Shown one piece after another: positions 42,692 to 57,650 of a stretch of 64,000 nt of DNA. The DNA lies in the NCBI GenBank assembly GCA_964016885.1, contig OZ024741.1, positions 72,974,001 through 73,038,000 of the forward strand, written 5' to 3'. The position numbers and the translations under genes are program-made. Position 1 is the first letter of the stretch. Each line of letters starts with the position of its first letter. The DNA is from Eledone cirrhosa. Its lineage: Eukaryota. The notes beneath the pieces were generated by a model. It searched no databases, had not been told where the DNA came from, and saw only the letters and a list, made by a program, of their open reading frames with translations.

Positions 42692-45600
42692 CTAACAGTG
42701 CTGCGATCGAATGTGGCTTTTTAGCCCAGCCAATGATCTAAAATGTCTTGCACAGAGTCGGCAACCAAAACATTCACTGGGAATAGTCGGCTGTGGTTGG
42801 AGTTCGTGTACTTTTGCATGTCGCTTGAGCCCTCCTGCTGATTTACATTCTCTACCACATGTTTGGCAAGCATGATGAGTAGCATCTCCAACAGCAGCCT
42901 GGTAGTCAACCACTGGTCTTACTTTATGACTGCGAAGATGACTTTCGAGTCCAGCTTTGCTTAGGCAGAGTCTCGCACAGACGCTGCATGTCAGCACCAT
43001 AGGAGGACCCTCGCCGTCTTGAAGTGCAACAGCAATGCCCTTCCTCACGTCCCGCTTTACTTTCTCGTGTGCGATTCGAGATGCCTCAAAGGCAACTTTT
43101 CCCTCATATACAGTCTTTCTCCATTTATTACGATCAGCAACAATATTTTCCCATGTATCAGCAGAGATGTTAGCGTCTTTCAGAGAGGCTTTCAAGGAAT
43201 CCTTATACCTCTTTTGGGGTTTATGTGGCGGTCGTTTTCCTTTAACCAACTCTCCATAAAAGAGTTGTTTTGGTATTCTAGAATCCTTCATCCTGGCAAG
43301 GTGACCACTCCAACGGAGTCGTTGCTTAAGCACAAGAGCTTCTATACTGTCACACATAGAGCTTTCCAAAATCTCGACATCACTGATGTGGTCCCTCCAG
43401 TGAACGCCATGGATCCGTCAGAGACACATCTGATGGAAACGCTCCAATTGCTTAAGGTGGCGTCGATATGTGACCCAGGTCTCGCAGGCATAAAGAAGAC
43501 AAGAGAGTACACATGCCCTGTACAGCTTTACCTTTGTCCTCCTGCATATGTCTCGCCGACCCCAGAGTCGCCTTTCTAGCTTTCCGAAAGCATCACTTGC
43601 TTTCCTAATCCTAAGTGAAATTTCACTGTCAAGGTTGCCGTATCGATTGACAGTGCTTCCCAGGTAGACAAACTGATCAACCACTCCAAGTCGTTTGCCA
43701 TACACATAGATGTTTGGTTCAGTGTCCTGCTTACTAGGAGCAGGTTGGTACATGACGACGGTTTTCTTGAGACTGACAGTCAAACCCAGGGCAGTGCAAG
43801 CGTCAGAAAATGCATTCAAAATGTGCTGCATATCACTCTCTGTGTGCGCTACAAGATCACAATCATCTGCATACAAGAGGTCTCTTATGACTATTGTAAA
43901 TACTTTTGTCTTCGCAGGAAAGCGCCTGATGTTAAATATGCTGCCTGAGGTTCGATATCGGATGTAAACACCATGCTCGCAATTCCTGAATGCAATACAG
44001 AAAACCATTGCAAAGTATATGGCAAACAGGGTCTGTGCTGGAATATCCCCCTGTTTCACTCCATTTTTTACTGAGATAGGCTCCGACATGTTACCTCCGA
44101 CATTAACCCAAGCCTTCATGTCGTCATGGAAAGACCTAACTAAAGCAAGGAACTTATCAGGGCAACCAAGTTTCTGGAGAACCTTCCATAATGCATCTCA
44201 GTTGACAGTATCGAAAGCCTCTGTCAGATCGACAAAAACCTGCTACAGATCCAAGCCTTGTTCAATGCACTTCTCCTGGAGCTGTCTAGCTGAGAAGATC
44301 ATATCAGTAGTGCCGCGTCCAGCATGAAAACCAGATTGACTTTCAGGAAGGACACAATCTGCAATGTGTGTCAGCAGACGGTCCATAAGCACCCTACATA
44401 AAACTTTCCCTACGACAGAAAGCAATGATATACCTCTGTAGTTCCCACAATCATTCCTGTTACCCTTTCCCTTGTACAAGACCACCATTACTGTATCTCT
44501 CCAGTCCTCAGGCACGGATTCATTAGCCCATATCCTTCCAAACAAAGAGTGAAGATGTTGCAGGAGTCTCTCACCACCATATTGTAGGAGCTCAGCATGT
44601 ATGCCATCCATACCTGGAGATCTTCCACTGTTCAGCTTCGAAATAGCCACTGCAACCTCCACAAGCGTCGGAGGTTCTGCGAGAGCTACTTTCACAGGAC
44701 TTTCCGGAATGAGATTGAGGAAATCTTCACTGACGACAGACGGCTGATTCAAAAGATCATCAAAGTGCTCTCGCCACCTTCGTAGAATTCCCTGTGAGTC
44801 ACGAAGAAGTTCTTGGCTATCCTTGCTGCGAATCGGCGTCACCAGAGAAGAAGACGGTCCATGAACCTCACGCAAGAGACTGTACAACAGCTTTGTGTTA
44901 TTGGAATCAGACGCAGTTTGTATCTCACCAGCCTTCTCACTCCACCACTGATCCTTCATCTGAGAAAGACTCCGCCTAACACGTGATTTTACATCCCTGA
45001 GCTCCTCGTGCAACGTATTTCTCTCCTGTGGTTTTGCCGTCAAGTAGCGTGACAGAGCACGCCTCTTATCAGCCAACAAGTCTTCTATATGTACATCATT
45101 CTCATTAAACCAGTCCTGATGTTTTCTCTGCACCAATCTCAGAACACGTCTGCCTACATCATAAACCGACTTTTTAAGGGTCGGCCAATCCTCACCAAGA
45201 TCTGCAGCCTGCATCTCTTCTTCCAATGTCCTCTTCACATTTTTATCCTTAAGACGAGCAGCATTCAATCTTTTGGGCAGGGTAACACCAGGAGCACGGA
45301 TTTTACGTTTGGTGATTAGATTCACTTTTGCGCGTACCAGGCGGTGGTCCGTCCAGCACTCAGCTCCACGAAGAACACGAACACACTGCACATCCTGTCT
45401 GTCACGCATCCTGACTAGGACGTAGTCAAAAATATGCCATTCCTTAGATGCAGGATGCATCCATGTGGTTTTGAATTTGTTCTTTTGTTGGAACATGGTG
45501 TTGGTAACACACAGATCCAGCTCCTCACACATCTGCAGCAAGAGCATACCATTGCTGTTACACTTTCCCACCCCATGCCTTCCGATTACATTCCATGTGT

Positions 45601-46237
45601 TAAAATCCCTACCCACTCTAGCATTAAAGTCACCAAGCACGATGACTTTGTCTGCCTGAGGGATATTTCTTAGAACACCTTTCAAGGCATGGTAAAAGGA
45701 CAGTTTTTCTTCATCGACAGAATTCATAGTTGGAGCATACACACTCACCAGGGTAGCATATCTTCCCTTGTCCAGCGGAACTCTCATGGACATAAGACGC
45801 TCACTAATACCTACTGGGAATTCTTCTAATTTATTCACAAGTACAGTCTTAACAGCAAATCCTACCCCAGCCTCTCTTCTGGTTCCTTCATCTCTTCCTT
45901 TCCAGAAGAATGTATATTCTCCACAAAATTCCGTAAGATGACCATCTCCAGCTAACCTCGTCTCAGATAAAGCCACGATGTCAAGATAGTAACGTCGAAG
46001 CTCCTTTGCAACAAGAGCGGTCCTTCGTTCAGGACGCTCCAAAGAATCCCTGTCAAGCAGTGTCCGTACGTTCCAGCAGCCAAGACTAAATGCCCTGTTT
46101 GGCTCTATTACAATGGCACGATGACGGGCGGGCCCAGGTTGTGATAACTTGGGGCCCCTGCCCTTATTGTCAATGATCTTTTTTGTTCCAGAACCTAAGT
46201 TGGCAATTATCTCGTTTACATTGTTCTGGAACATCAT
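42692..46237 (-). pseudogene. RTE ORF: AP endonuclease + reverse transcriptase + three C2H2-like fingers; three in-frame stops
   Basis: WNVRTL, LSETR, GDFNA, TDH; RSPGMDG, NYRGISLL, GVKQGD, YADD, YLGS, RLRWSGH; CxxC..HxxxH fingers. The three ORF pieces share one frame. Confidence 0.95.
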
Positions 46238-46297
46238 TGAATTGGAAAAAAAAAAAAAAAAAAAAAAGTAATAATAATAGTAATAATAATAATAATA

Positions 46298-46478
46298 ATT
46301 GTTTCTACTTTTGGCACAAGGCCAGCAATTATTCCAGTGCATTACTGGTACTTTATTTTATCGACCCCGTAAGGATGAAAGGCAAAGTTAACCTCGGCGG
46401 GATTTGAACTCAGATCATAAAGGGAGGTAACTCTATGCTTCAAAGCATGGCGTCCGACCCTTACCGATACTGCCAATC
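46298..46478 (-). mobile_element. tRNA-derived SINE (same family as 1311-1516)
   Basis: B box gagttcaaatc and gcctttcatcctt..gtcgataaaata on the minus strand. Confidence 0.85.
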
Positions 46479-46929
46479 CAAGTACACTATTAATAATTAT
46501 TAATGCACTCGTGCAATGCCTGTGCGTGACGAATATTTTTAAAGTGAGGAAAGACTGTGCACTGAGCCAATGCCACTCTCTGAGCGACAGTAGCTATAAC
46601 CCGAAAAGAAGAAAAGATCAACATCATCGGTAACTATTGAGCCGCAGGTTTTATATCGGAGTTAACCCAGTTTCCTGAGATGCCTTCTCCTAGAAGAATG
46701 TCCTGACAAGGGCTAGGGGTTCTTCACTCCCAGTGGTTTAACTGCGCGATCGGGCATCCAGCCCGATTATTTCTATGTCACCGCGCAAAAAAAAAAAAAA
46801 AAAAAAAAAAAATCACTTATTGACACTTATAAGTACGACATGCACACACACACGCATACATATGCGCGCACACAGCAACACTCATACATACAACAAACAC
46901 ACACACACGCTACTCTACTCACTTACACG

Positions 46930-46964
<35 letters not shown>

Positions 46965-47524
46965 TACCGTCATTACTGATACAAGATTACAAGATTATGT
47001 TAACTGTTGACTTTCAAGAGTTGTATAGTTGAAGCCGATCGTATTACAGTCCAGTATTACTATAATTGCTTTACAGCATAGAATTATGGCTCTCCACGGA
47101 GTCAACAAAAGAGAGTACCAGTGATGCGCTGGGCCAGTCGCTGGATCCGTGCCAAAAGCAAAAAAATTATTATTATATACATACATACATACATACATAC
47201 ATACATACATACATACATACATACACACATACATACATACATACATACATATACATACACACATACATACATACATACATATACATACATACATACGTAC
47301 TTACGTATGTATTTACATACATATATACATACATACATATATACATATAGATACATACATACATATGTGTTCTCTGAATGTGTATATGTGTGTATCTGCG
47401 TTTGTGTATTCGCGTGTATGTGTGTATATGTTTGTACGTGCATGCATGTCCTTAATACACATATACACCGGTAGTAATTCACCTGTTGTACCTCTCGCTG
47501 AACTTCCTTCCTCCACACCATCTC

Positions 47525-47562
<38 letters not shown>

Positions 47563-47694
47563 ATAGGTGTACATCACTCTTTCTCAAATTTGCTATTTTT
47601 ATCTCTTCATTCAGCAAACTTAGGATAATTTTTCTTGTTGAGAATTTTCTCGTCCAAACTTGCAGCATTTTACTATGTCTATACCTTCTGTATG

Positions 47695-47728
<34 letters not shown>

Positions 47729-47744
47729 TAATAATAATAATAAT

Positions 47745-48068
47745 GAAATTATTGTGTAAAGTGCTCAGGTGCACTACAACTCGTCAATATAGTAAATAGT
47801 ATAATACACAAATGTCAGGGAGGTACATGTGTGTATGTGTTAGCTGTAGTGTTGGCGGATCTCGGGAAGCATGGAGGCCTTAAAGGATGCAGTGTCTCGA
47901 CAGCTAACAACTGATGCAGGTAGTTTGTTCCATGCTTCAGCAACTCTGAGCGTGAAAAAATGTTTCCGAAAGTCATGGGAACTGTGCTGTTTTCTTACTT
48001 TGTGGGCATGTCCACGTGTGTTAGACACATGGAAATCGAAAAGGCACTCGGGGTTGTTGTTGGCAACA
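47745..48068 (-). mobile_element. CR1-like LINE 3' end
   Basis: [29 protein letters not shown]-terminal motif followed by a short UTR and (ATT)n tail. Confidence 0.85.
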
Positions 48069-48424
48069 TGGTATGTATGTATGTATGTATGTATGTATGT
48101 ATGTATGTTGGCAACTACCATATGTATGTATATATATATGTATATGTATGTATTTATGTATATGTATGTATATATATATATATATGTATATGTATGTATA
48201 TATATGTATATGTATGTATATATATGTATATGTATGTTTATGTATGTAGATATGTATATGTATGTATATATATGTATGTATGTATATGTATGTATATATA
48301 TGTATATAAGTATATGTATGTATATATATGTTTATATATATGTATATGTATGTGTGTATATGTGTATATATATATATATGTATGTATATATATGTATATG
48401 TATGTGTGTATATATATGTATATA

Positions 48425-48463
<39 letters not shown>

Positions 48464-48612
48464 ATATATGTATATGTATGTATATATATGTTTATATATA
48501 TATGTGTATATGTATGTGTATATATATATATATATATATATTTGTATATGTATGTGTATGTATATGTATGTATATGTATATATATGTATGTATATGTATG
48601 TATATATATATT

Positions 48613-49245
<633 letters not shown>

Positions 49246-49374
49246 TAAGGCCCAGTCGCTGGTGATGGTGATGGTGGCGGCGGTAATGGTGGTGGTGGCA
49301 GTTGATGTTGTTGTTGTGTTGTGTGCGTGTGTGTGTGTGAGTTTTGTTATTTTGAGTTTTTGGGGGGTTTTTTT

Positions 49375-52010
49375 GGCGTGCTCTGTCACGCTACTTAACG
49401 GCAAAACCACAGGAGAGGAATACGTTGCATGAGGAACTCAGGGATGTAAAATCACGTGTTAGGCGGAGTCTTTCTCAGATGAAGGATCAGTGGTGGAGTG
49501 AGAAGGCTGGTGAGATACAAACTGCGTCTGATTCCAATAACACAAAGCTGTTGTACAGTCTCTTACGTGAGGTTTATGGACCGTCTTCTTCTCTGGTGAC
49601 ACCGCTTCGCAGCAAGGATGGCAAAGAACTTCTTCGTGACTCACAAGGAATTCTACGAAGGTGGCGAGAGCACTTTGATGATCTTTTGAATCAGCCGTCT
49701 GTCGTCAGTGAAGATTTCCTCAATCTCATTCCAGAAAGTCCTGTGAAAGTAGCTCTCGCAGAACCTCCGACGCTTGTGAAGGTTGCAGTGGCTATTTCGA
49801 AGCTGAACAGTGGAAGATCTCCAGGTATGGATGGCATACATGCTGAGCTCCTACAATATGGTGGTGAGAGACTCCTGCAACATCTTCACTCTTTGTTTGG
49901 CGGGATATGGGCTAATGAATCCGTACCTGAGGACTGGAGAGATGCAGTAATGGCGGTCTTGTACAAGGGAAAGGGTAACAGGAACAATTGTGGGAACTAC
50001 AAAGGTATATCATTGCTTTCTGTCGTAGGGAAAGTTTTATGTAGGGTGCTTCTGGATCGTCTGCTGACACACATTGCAGATTGTGTTCTTCCTGAAAGTC
50101 AATCTGGTTTTCGTGCTGGACGCGGCACTACTGATATGATCTTCTCAGCTAGACAGCTCCAGGAGAAGGCATGGAATAAGGCTTGGATCTGTATCACTTT
50201 TTTGTCGATCTGACAAAAGCTTTCGATACTGTTAACAGAGATGCATTATGGAAGGTTCTCCAGAAACTTGGTTGCCCTGATAAGTTCCTTGCTTTAGTTA
50301 GGTCTTTCCATGACGACATGAAGGCTTGGGTTAATGTCGGGGGTAACATGTCGGAGCCTATCTCAGTAAAAAGTGGAGTGAAACGGGGGGATATTCCAGC
50401 ACCGATCCTGTTTGCCATATACTTTGCAATGGTTTTCTGTATTGCATTCAGGAATTGCGAGCATGGTGTTTACATCCGATATCGAACCTCAGGCAGCATA
50501 TTTAACATCAGGCGCTTTGCTGCTAAGACAAAAGTATTTACATCAATCATAAGAGACCTCTTGTATGCAGATGATTGCGATGTTGTAGCGCACACAGAGA
50601 GTGATATGCAGCACATTTTGAATGCATTTTCTGACGCTTGCACTGCCTTAGGTCTGACTGTCAGTCTCAAGAAAACCGTCGTCATGTACCAACCTGCCCC
50701 TGGTAAGCAGTACATTGAACCAAACATCTATGTGTATGGCAAACGACTTGGAGTGGTTGATCAGTTTGTCTACCTGGGAAGCACTGTCAATCGATACGGC
50801 AACCTTGACAGTGAAATCTCACTTAGGATTAGGAAAGCAAGTGATGCTTTCGGAAAGCTAGAAAGGCGACTCTGGGGTCGGCGAGACATATGCAGGAGGA
50901 CAAAGGTAAAGCTGTACAGGGCATGTGTGCTCTCTTGTCTTCTTTATGCCTGCGAGACCTGGGTCACATATCGACACCACCTTAAGCAATTGGAGCGTTT
51001 CCATCAGATGTGTCTCAGACGGATCCATGGCGTTCACTGGAGGGACCACATCAGTGATGTCGAGATTTTGGAAAGCTCTATGTGTGACAGTATAGAAGCT
51101 CTTGTGCTTAAGCAACGACTCCGTTGGAGTGGTCACCTTGCCAGCATGAAGGATTCTAGAATACCAAAACAACTCTTTTATGGAGAGTTGGTTAAAGGAA
51201 AACGACCACCACATAAACCAAAAAAGAGGTATAAGGATTCCTTGAAAGCCTTTCTGAAAGACGCTAACATCTCTGCTGATACATGGGAGAATATTGCTGC
51301 TGATCGTAATAAATGGAGAAAGACTGTATATGAGGGAAAAGTTGCCTTTGAGGTATCTCGAATCGCATACGAGAAAGTAAAGCGGGATGTGAGGAAGGGC
51401 ATTGCTGTTGCACTTCCAGACGGCGAGGGTCCTCCTATGGTGCTGACATGCAGCGTCTGTGCGAGACTCTGCCTAAGCAAAGCTGGACTCGAAAGTCATC
51501 TTCGCAGTCATAAAGTAAGACCAGTGGTTGACTACCAGGCTGCTGTTGGAGATGCTACTCATCATGCTTGCCAAACATGTGGTAGAGAATGTAAATCAGC
51601 AGGAGGGCTCAAGCGACATGCAAAAGTACACGAACTCCAATCACAGCCGACTATTCCCAGTAAATGTTTTGGTTGCCGACTCTGTGCAAGACATTTTAGA
51701 TCATTGGCTGGGCTAAAAAGCCACATTCGATCGCAGCGCTGTTAGTTGCTATCGTGTGTGTGTGTGTGTGTGTGTAGATATGCTTATGTGTGTGCGTGTG
51801 TGTGTATATATATATGTATATTATTATTGTTGTTGTCGTTATTATTATTGTTGTTATTATTATTATTATTATTATTGTTATTAATGTATGTGTGTGTGTG
51901 TATATGTATATATATATATATGTATATGTGTGTGTGTGTGTATGTATATGTATATATATATATATTTCTTCTTCTTATTATTATTATTGTTATTAATGTA
52001 TGTGTGTGTG

Positions 52011-52041
<31 letters not shown>

Positions 52042-52214
52042 ATGTATATATATATATGTATATGTGTGTGTGTGTGTATGTATATGTATATATATATATA
52101 TATGTATATAATTTCTTTTTCTTTTTTTTTCTTTTTATTTATTTATTATTATTATTATTATTTTTTTTTTCTCCTTGTGCAATGGCCATACTCGATAACG
52201 AGGGGACAGCCATC
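49375..52214 (+). mobile_element. 5'-truncated RTE LINE (copy 2), inverted relative to copy 1
   Basis: ORFs 49425-50213 and 50183-51745 (1-nt deletion at ~50169), YADD, C2H2 fingers, same compound 3' UTR and terminal stem-loop. Confidence 0.95.
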
Positions 52215-52679
52215 ATGTATGTATGTATGTATGTATGTATGTATGTATGTATGTATGTATGTATGTATGTATGTATGTCGGGTCGCTCTTCAGCGACACA
52301 GGTAACATGTAATCAGTATAACCTGTTGCATGGTCGGGTCGTCGTGACTAAACCGGCAACCCCGCCGAGCTTGTTTGTTGAGGAGGGTAGTATTTGGACA
52401 CCCTGCGGGATGAAAAACAAAGCTCGACAAAGTGCTGAGGAGCTCAATAGAGTCAACGGCCATCCAAATACTGTGTACTTGTATGTGTGGGTATATGAGT
52501 ATTCTATTTGTATACACTTATGTGTATGCATTTCTCTTTTGGTGAGTGTGGATGTGTATGTATGTGTATATATATATATAGTAATAATAATAAATGTGAA
52601 GACTAAAGTCCAAAGAGGGTTCGATAAGGATAAATATATATCAAATATATATGAACCCTAGACCAAATATTTATTAAAA

Positions 52680-53469
52680 TAACAGATTAAAGTTTAAGCA
52701 AACAATCGATGCTTTCACCCTTAATGGGATCTTCTGAAACTGAAAATAAAAAAAAAAAAACAATCTGTGAACGCAGAAGTAAATATTTCGAAAAACGTTG
52801 CAACCGAAGGAAAACAGGAAGACGATACTTTGGTTCGTGAAGACGTTCCCTGATAATGAATGGAAAAAAGTGAAGATAATACGTCGTTATGTGGAGCGTG
52901 GAGAACAAATAAACGCAAAGACAAAACCACGTTTATGTTATAAATGGAGTCATTAGACTAATATTCTATTTAGGAAACCGAATGATTCTCGGCTTCGGCG
53001 TTAAGAATAATTGTTTCTACTATTGGCACAAGGCCAGTAATTATCTCAGTGCATTACTGGTACTTTATTTTATCGATTTATGAAAGGCAAAGTTAACCTC
53101 GGCGGGATTTTAACTCAGAATGACAAGGGCAGTAACTCTATGCGTCAAAGCATGGCGTCTGACCCTCTACCGATACTGCCAATTCAGAATAATGTAAATA
53201 AATTAGTAGAACGAAAATTATTCTTAACTCCGGAGCCGAGAATAATTCGGTTTCCTAAATAGAATATTAGTCTAACTGTGTTTGTGTGTGTGTATGTATT
53301 TGTGTGTGCGTATGTATATGTATGTGCATGTCCGTCGGCGCATTTTCTCATACCCTCTCTCTGTCTTTCTCTCTCTCTCTCTCACTCATACCCCCTCTCT
53401 CTCTCTTCCACTACAGAATGGAGAACAATAAAGAACGCGCAGATCTCTCTCTCTCTCTCTCTCTGTCTT

Positions 53470-53501
<32 letters not shown>

Positions 53502-53517
53502 AACCAGCGTTCGTCAA

Positions 53518-53563
<46 letters not shown>

Positions 53564-54232
53564 ATATATATATATATATATAGCTATCTGATTATCTTGT
53601 ACCTCTCTCTGTATAACGACTTATCTCACTCTCTCTCTCTCTACATCTCCCTTTCTCTCTTTAGATGTATATGTATATGTGTGTGTGTGTAATATATATA
53701 TATATAGAGATAGAGAGTTGCAACATGTATGTAGTTTCATAGATCTATTATGGTAGTAGCGAGAGGAATTAAGCGTGTAAGAGAGTGGGTTACAGCATGT
53801 ATTTAGTTTTATCGATTTGTTTTCATAGAAGCAGGAAATTTCTGGCAAAGTTTATTACGCGTTAACCATCCTTGGTAAATTTGGAGCACATTGGAAAAAA
53901 ATCATCAAAATCGGTAGAGAAATGTGGAAATACATAAAAATCATACACACACACAGACAGACATCTTCCGTTTTATATATATAGAGATGACTCCATTTAT
54001 ACCATAAACGTGGTTTTGTCTTTGCATGTATTTGTTCTCATCGAACCACATAACGACGTATAATCTTCGCTTTTTTCCGTTCATTGTCAGGGAACGTCGG
54101 ATCGTTTTCCTGTTTTCTTTCGGTTGCAAAGTTTTTCAAAATATTTACTTCTGCGTTCGCAGATTGCTTTTTAGTTTCAGAAGATCCCGTTATGGGCGAA
54201 AGCAGCGATTCTTTGCTTAAACTTTAATCTGT

Positions 54233-54233
<1 letters not shown>
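52680..54233. mobile_element. Diverged ~250-bp inverted repeats (fold-back/MITE-like)
   Basis: 52680-52953 is roughly the reverse complement of 53986-54233; ends taacagatt..aatctgtta. Confidence 0.7.
52953..53275. mobile_element. Small MITE (60-bp TIRs) interrupted by a tRNA-SINE (53012-53185, -) with 8-bp TSD agaataat
   Basis: ttagactaatattctatttaggaaaccgaat.. / ..attcggtttcctaaatagaatattagtctaa; agaataat on both sides of the SINE. Confidence 0.8.
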
Positions 54234-54269
<36 letters not shown>

Positions 54270-55050
54270 AGAAAAATGGAGTGCTGCGTGGTTGCACATG
54301 GGTTACATATAAATAAAATTAGTCCTTCATCAGTGATCTTCCAACCTTCATTGGTATTTCATCGCTTTAAAAATCATATACCTCTGGTTGGTGCGAGCAA
54401 TAACTAAATAAAGTTATTGGGACAAGTAAAATAGGGTGAAGCGAGCGAGACATGCAAACAAACAAAGATGGTATTGCAACGGAAAGAGAGGAAGAGGAGA
54501 AACAAGTCCGTGATATCTGTGAACTTAAGTTCGGTGAAATCATAGACGAGAGATGATGTTGACCAATTCTCCTTTTCGGGTAGTGTTTTCGATGCTCAGA
54601 GAGTTAGGTTGGTTGAGTGCAAGGCCTTTCCCCACTTAAAAAATCTTCAAAGCACAGGCATTGCTTGTTCAGGATATGTTACAGGTTTGTGTGGCTGGCT
54701 GTAGCCTAAAAGTGCACCATTTTCTACAATCTGACAAGCGATTGCAATACTCATAGCAGAGTTTGTAGCCATAATGTATGTATGTTGGGTCGCGCTTGAG
54801 TGCTACTGGTAGCATGTAACCTTGTACAACCTGCCGCATGGTCGAGTCGTCGGTGATTGAAACGGCAACCCCACCAAGTTTAGATGGTGAGGAGGGTCAT
54901 TTTGGACGCCCTGCAGGACAAAAAACAAAACCTGACAAAGAGCAAAACTCATAAAAGGCAACAGCCATCCAAAAATGTGTAAATATATATACATGTGTAT
55001 ATACGTGTGTATGTATATATGTATATACATGTATACATATGTATATATAT

Positions 55051-55400
55051 GCGCGGGGACATAGAAATAGTCGGGCTGGACACCAGATCGCGCGGTTAAA
55101 CCACTGGCAGTGAAGGACCCCTAGCATTTGTCAGGGCATTCTTCTAGGAGAAGGCAACTCAGGAAACTAGGATGACTCCGACAGAAAACATGCGGTTCAG
55201 TAGTTACCGATGATGTTGATCTCTTCTTCTTTTCGGGTCATAGCTACTGTCGCTGAGAGAGTGGTATTGGCTCAGTGCACAGTCTTTCCTCACTTTAAAA
55301 GATATCTTCACGCACAGGCATTGCGCGATAGCTTAATTATTAATTATTAATAATGTTATATCGTGCAATGGCCATACTTGATAACGAGGGGGCAGCCATC
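55051..55400 (+). mobile_element. Internally deleted RTE derivative (5' UTR joined to 3' terminus)
   Basis: 55051-55350 is homologous to 46786-46490; ends in the same tcgtgcaatggccata..cgagggggcagccatc terminus as the RTE copies. Confidence 0.78.
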
Positions 55401-55457
55401 ACATATGTATTTTTGTGTGTATATTTGTATTATGTATACATGGATGTATATATGCAC

Positions 55458-55543
<86 letters not shown>

Positions 55544-55699
55544 CCACAGACACACACATATATATATATACACACACATATATATACACACACACATATA
55601 TATATATATATCAGAATTGAACTAGTTAGGATAGTAGAGTATGATTATATTTATACAGAGAGCGAGACAGAAGGATAGAGACATAGATAGATAGATATG

Positions 55700-56090
55700 T
55701 TTCTTTATTAGCCACAGGGACACAAAAGAAGGGGACAAATACAAAGGGGGAAGTTTACATACAATAAAAACGTGTAAAATTTTATCACAAATGCAATTAA
55801 AAAAATTAGTCGATTTTCCACAATAGGGGAGACAGTTTATATGGGTAACACATACCCCCGAAAAATGTGCAACCCTCATCTCCAGGAGTACGAAGAGTTT
55901 GTACTCCTTTCCTCTCCTCCTCCTTTTCCTCAACCTACAGGCTGATATAGAGAGAAGGCCCATTCACTCGGGCCATTCTCGCCACTTTCACCCACCTTTC
56001 ATAAAACTTGCTGGGGTACAGCACCTCTCTCTCCATCCTGATTCTTCTTCCAAAGTGGTATTTGAAAAAAAGAATCAGTTGTTGGCCGGA
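55700..56090 (-). mobile_element. L1/Tx1-like LINE 3' end remnant
   Basis: FFKYHFGRRIRMERE..FYERW resembles the Tx1-type ORF2 C-terminus; pyrimidine-rich UTR ending aataaa; between (AGAT)n tracts. Confidence 0.5.
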
Positions 56091-56095
56091 GAGAC

Positions 56096-56209
<114 letters not shown>

Positions 56210-56557
56210 GAATAGATAAAATAGATGAGATGAGAAAGAAATTGAAGACAACGATGGGAGAAAATAATGGAATGTATGTGTCTGTGCGTATTGTATATGT
56301 AATATGTATGTATACAAGAATACATAAAAATGTATGCGTATTTATGTGTATGTGTGTTTGTATGTGTGTACGTGTGTATGAATACAAGAATAATTTGCTG
56401 AATGATTCATTGATTGGACCACAGACAGAGCAACAAGGGAAACAATAGGGTGTCTTAGAGACATATGTATGTACACACACACACATACACATATGTATAC
56501 ATGTATATAGATGCATATATATATAAACACTTCTATGTAAACGCATATCTCTATCTG

Positions 56558-56598
<41 letters not shown>

Positions 56599-56652
56599 TT
56601 ATTTATGTCTGTGTGTGTGTTTGTGTGTATGTGTGTATTTGTGAGTGTATAA

Positions 56653-56736
<84 letters not shown>

Positions 56737-57164
56737 GCTATTTGGCGCAGCAAGACACCAAGACAAACGTAGCGATGCGACCGTCAAATTTGAGTGTAAA
56801 TTCCATCAAGATGCCCGCCATTTTGTTTTCCCGGACAATAGCATACTTGCTGCGCCACTGACTATATGTTGTCTGTAAGTTCTTTTCTTTCTTAATAGCT
56901 TTCTTTTTTTCTTCTTCATTACGTTCTGGTAGATTCTTTGCGACATTGACTAATGTAAATTGTCGATAACTTAACAGGAATACCGGAATCATCCGTCAGA
57001 AAAGATTCGGTATTATTGCCATTGTAATGTCAACGTATGTTATATATACATAGATATATACATAGATATATACATATATACATATATACATATATACATA
57101 TATACTTATATACAAAGATACATACATACATATATAGGTACATACATGCATACATACATTCATA

Positions 57165-57650
57165 ATATGAAAGATTACTGGTGGAATGTTCCAGTCAAAA
57201 CCCCAATAAAATGCAAACATAACAGACCAGTTATAATGATATGGCACAGGGAAAAGAAGGCATGCACAGTAGTGGAGGTTAGCTGCCCAGCAGATACCAA
57301 TATAATATCAAAGATCAGCGAAAAGGAGAATATCTATGCAGAACTAATGAAAAATCTGCAGATACTTCACCCTGATTATACCTTCAGATTTATACCTGTG
57401 ATTATTGGATCACTGGGATATGTTAGTAACTGCCTCAGCACAAATCTTAAGAAGCTGGGCTTCACAGGAACAGAAAGAGCACGACTAGTTAGGAAATTAC
57501 AAGTACAATCCATTAATAGAACAGTAAAAATATGCAAACCATTCCAAAAATTCGTCATTTAATAACTGTATATAAACATAACATCCACACATACAATAAC
57601 ATCCATACTGGTAAAAATTTATAAAATTATAAAACCAGAAGAACATACTA
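57165..57650 (+). mobile_element. 3' fragment of a non-LTR element with restriction-like endonuclease (R4/NeSL/CRE-type)
   Basis: NRP(V)IMIW..VVEVSCP..K..IYAEL..PVIIGSLG, the PD-(D/E)xK RLE signature, with D to V at the PD position. Confidence 0.78.

Larger units (their letters stand above)
41310..46786 (-). mobile_element. Apparently full-length RTE-clade LINE (copy 1), interrupted by a SINE in the 5' UTR and an HHR element in the 3' UTR
   Basis: Putative 5' UTR 46786-46490, ORF 46237-42692, microsatellite 3' UTR, terminal stem-loop ctcg[ataa]cgag at ~41322-41333 and (ATGT)n tail. Confidence 0.85.

Noticed and set aside
46238-46342. N-terminal poly-Y/F extension of the 699-aa RTE ORF
   Set aside because: Read-through of the neighbouring SINE end and A/AAT tract, not element coding sequence.
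46690-46786. HDV-like ribozyme at the RTE 5' end
   Set aside because: A 7-bp P1-like helix exists, but P1.1, L3 and the catalytic C junction could not be placed.
54300-54345. ctgatgaaggac on the minus strand
   Set aside because: No matching stem II 3' strand or GAAA found.
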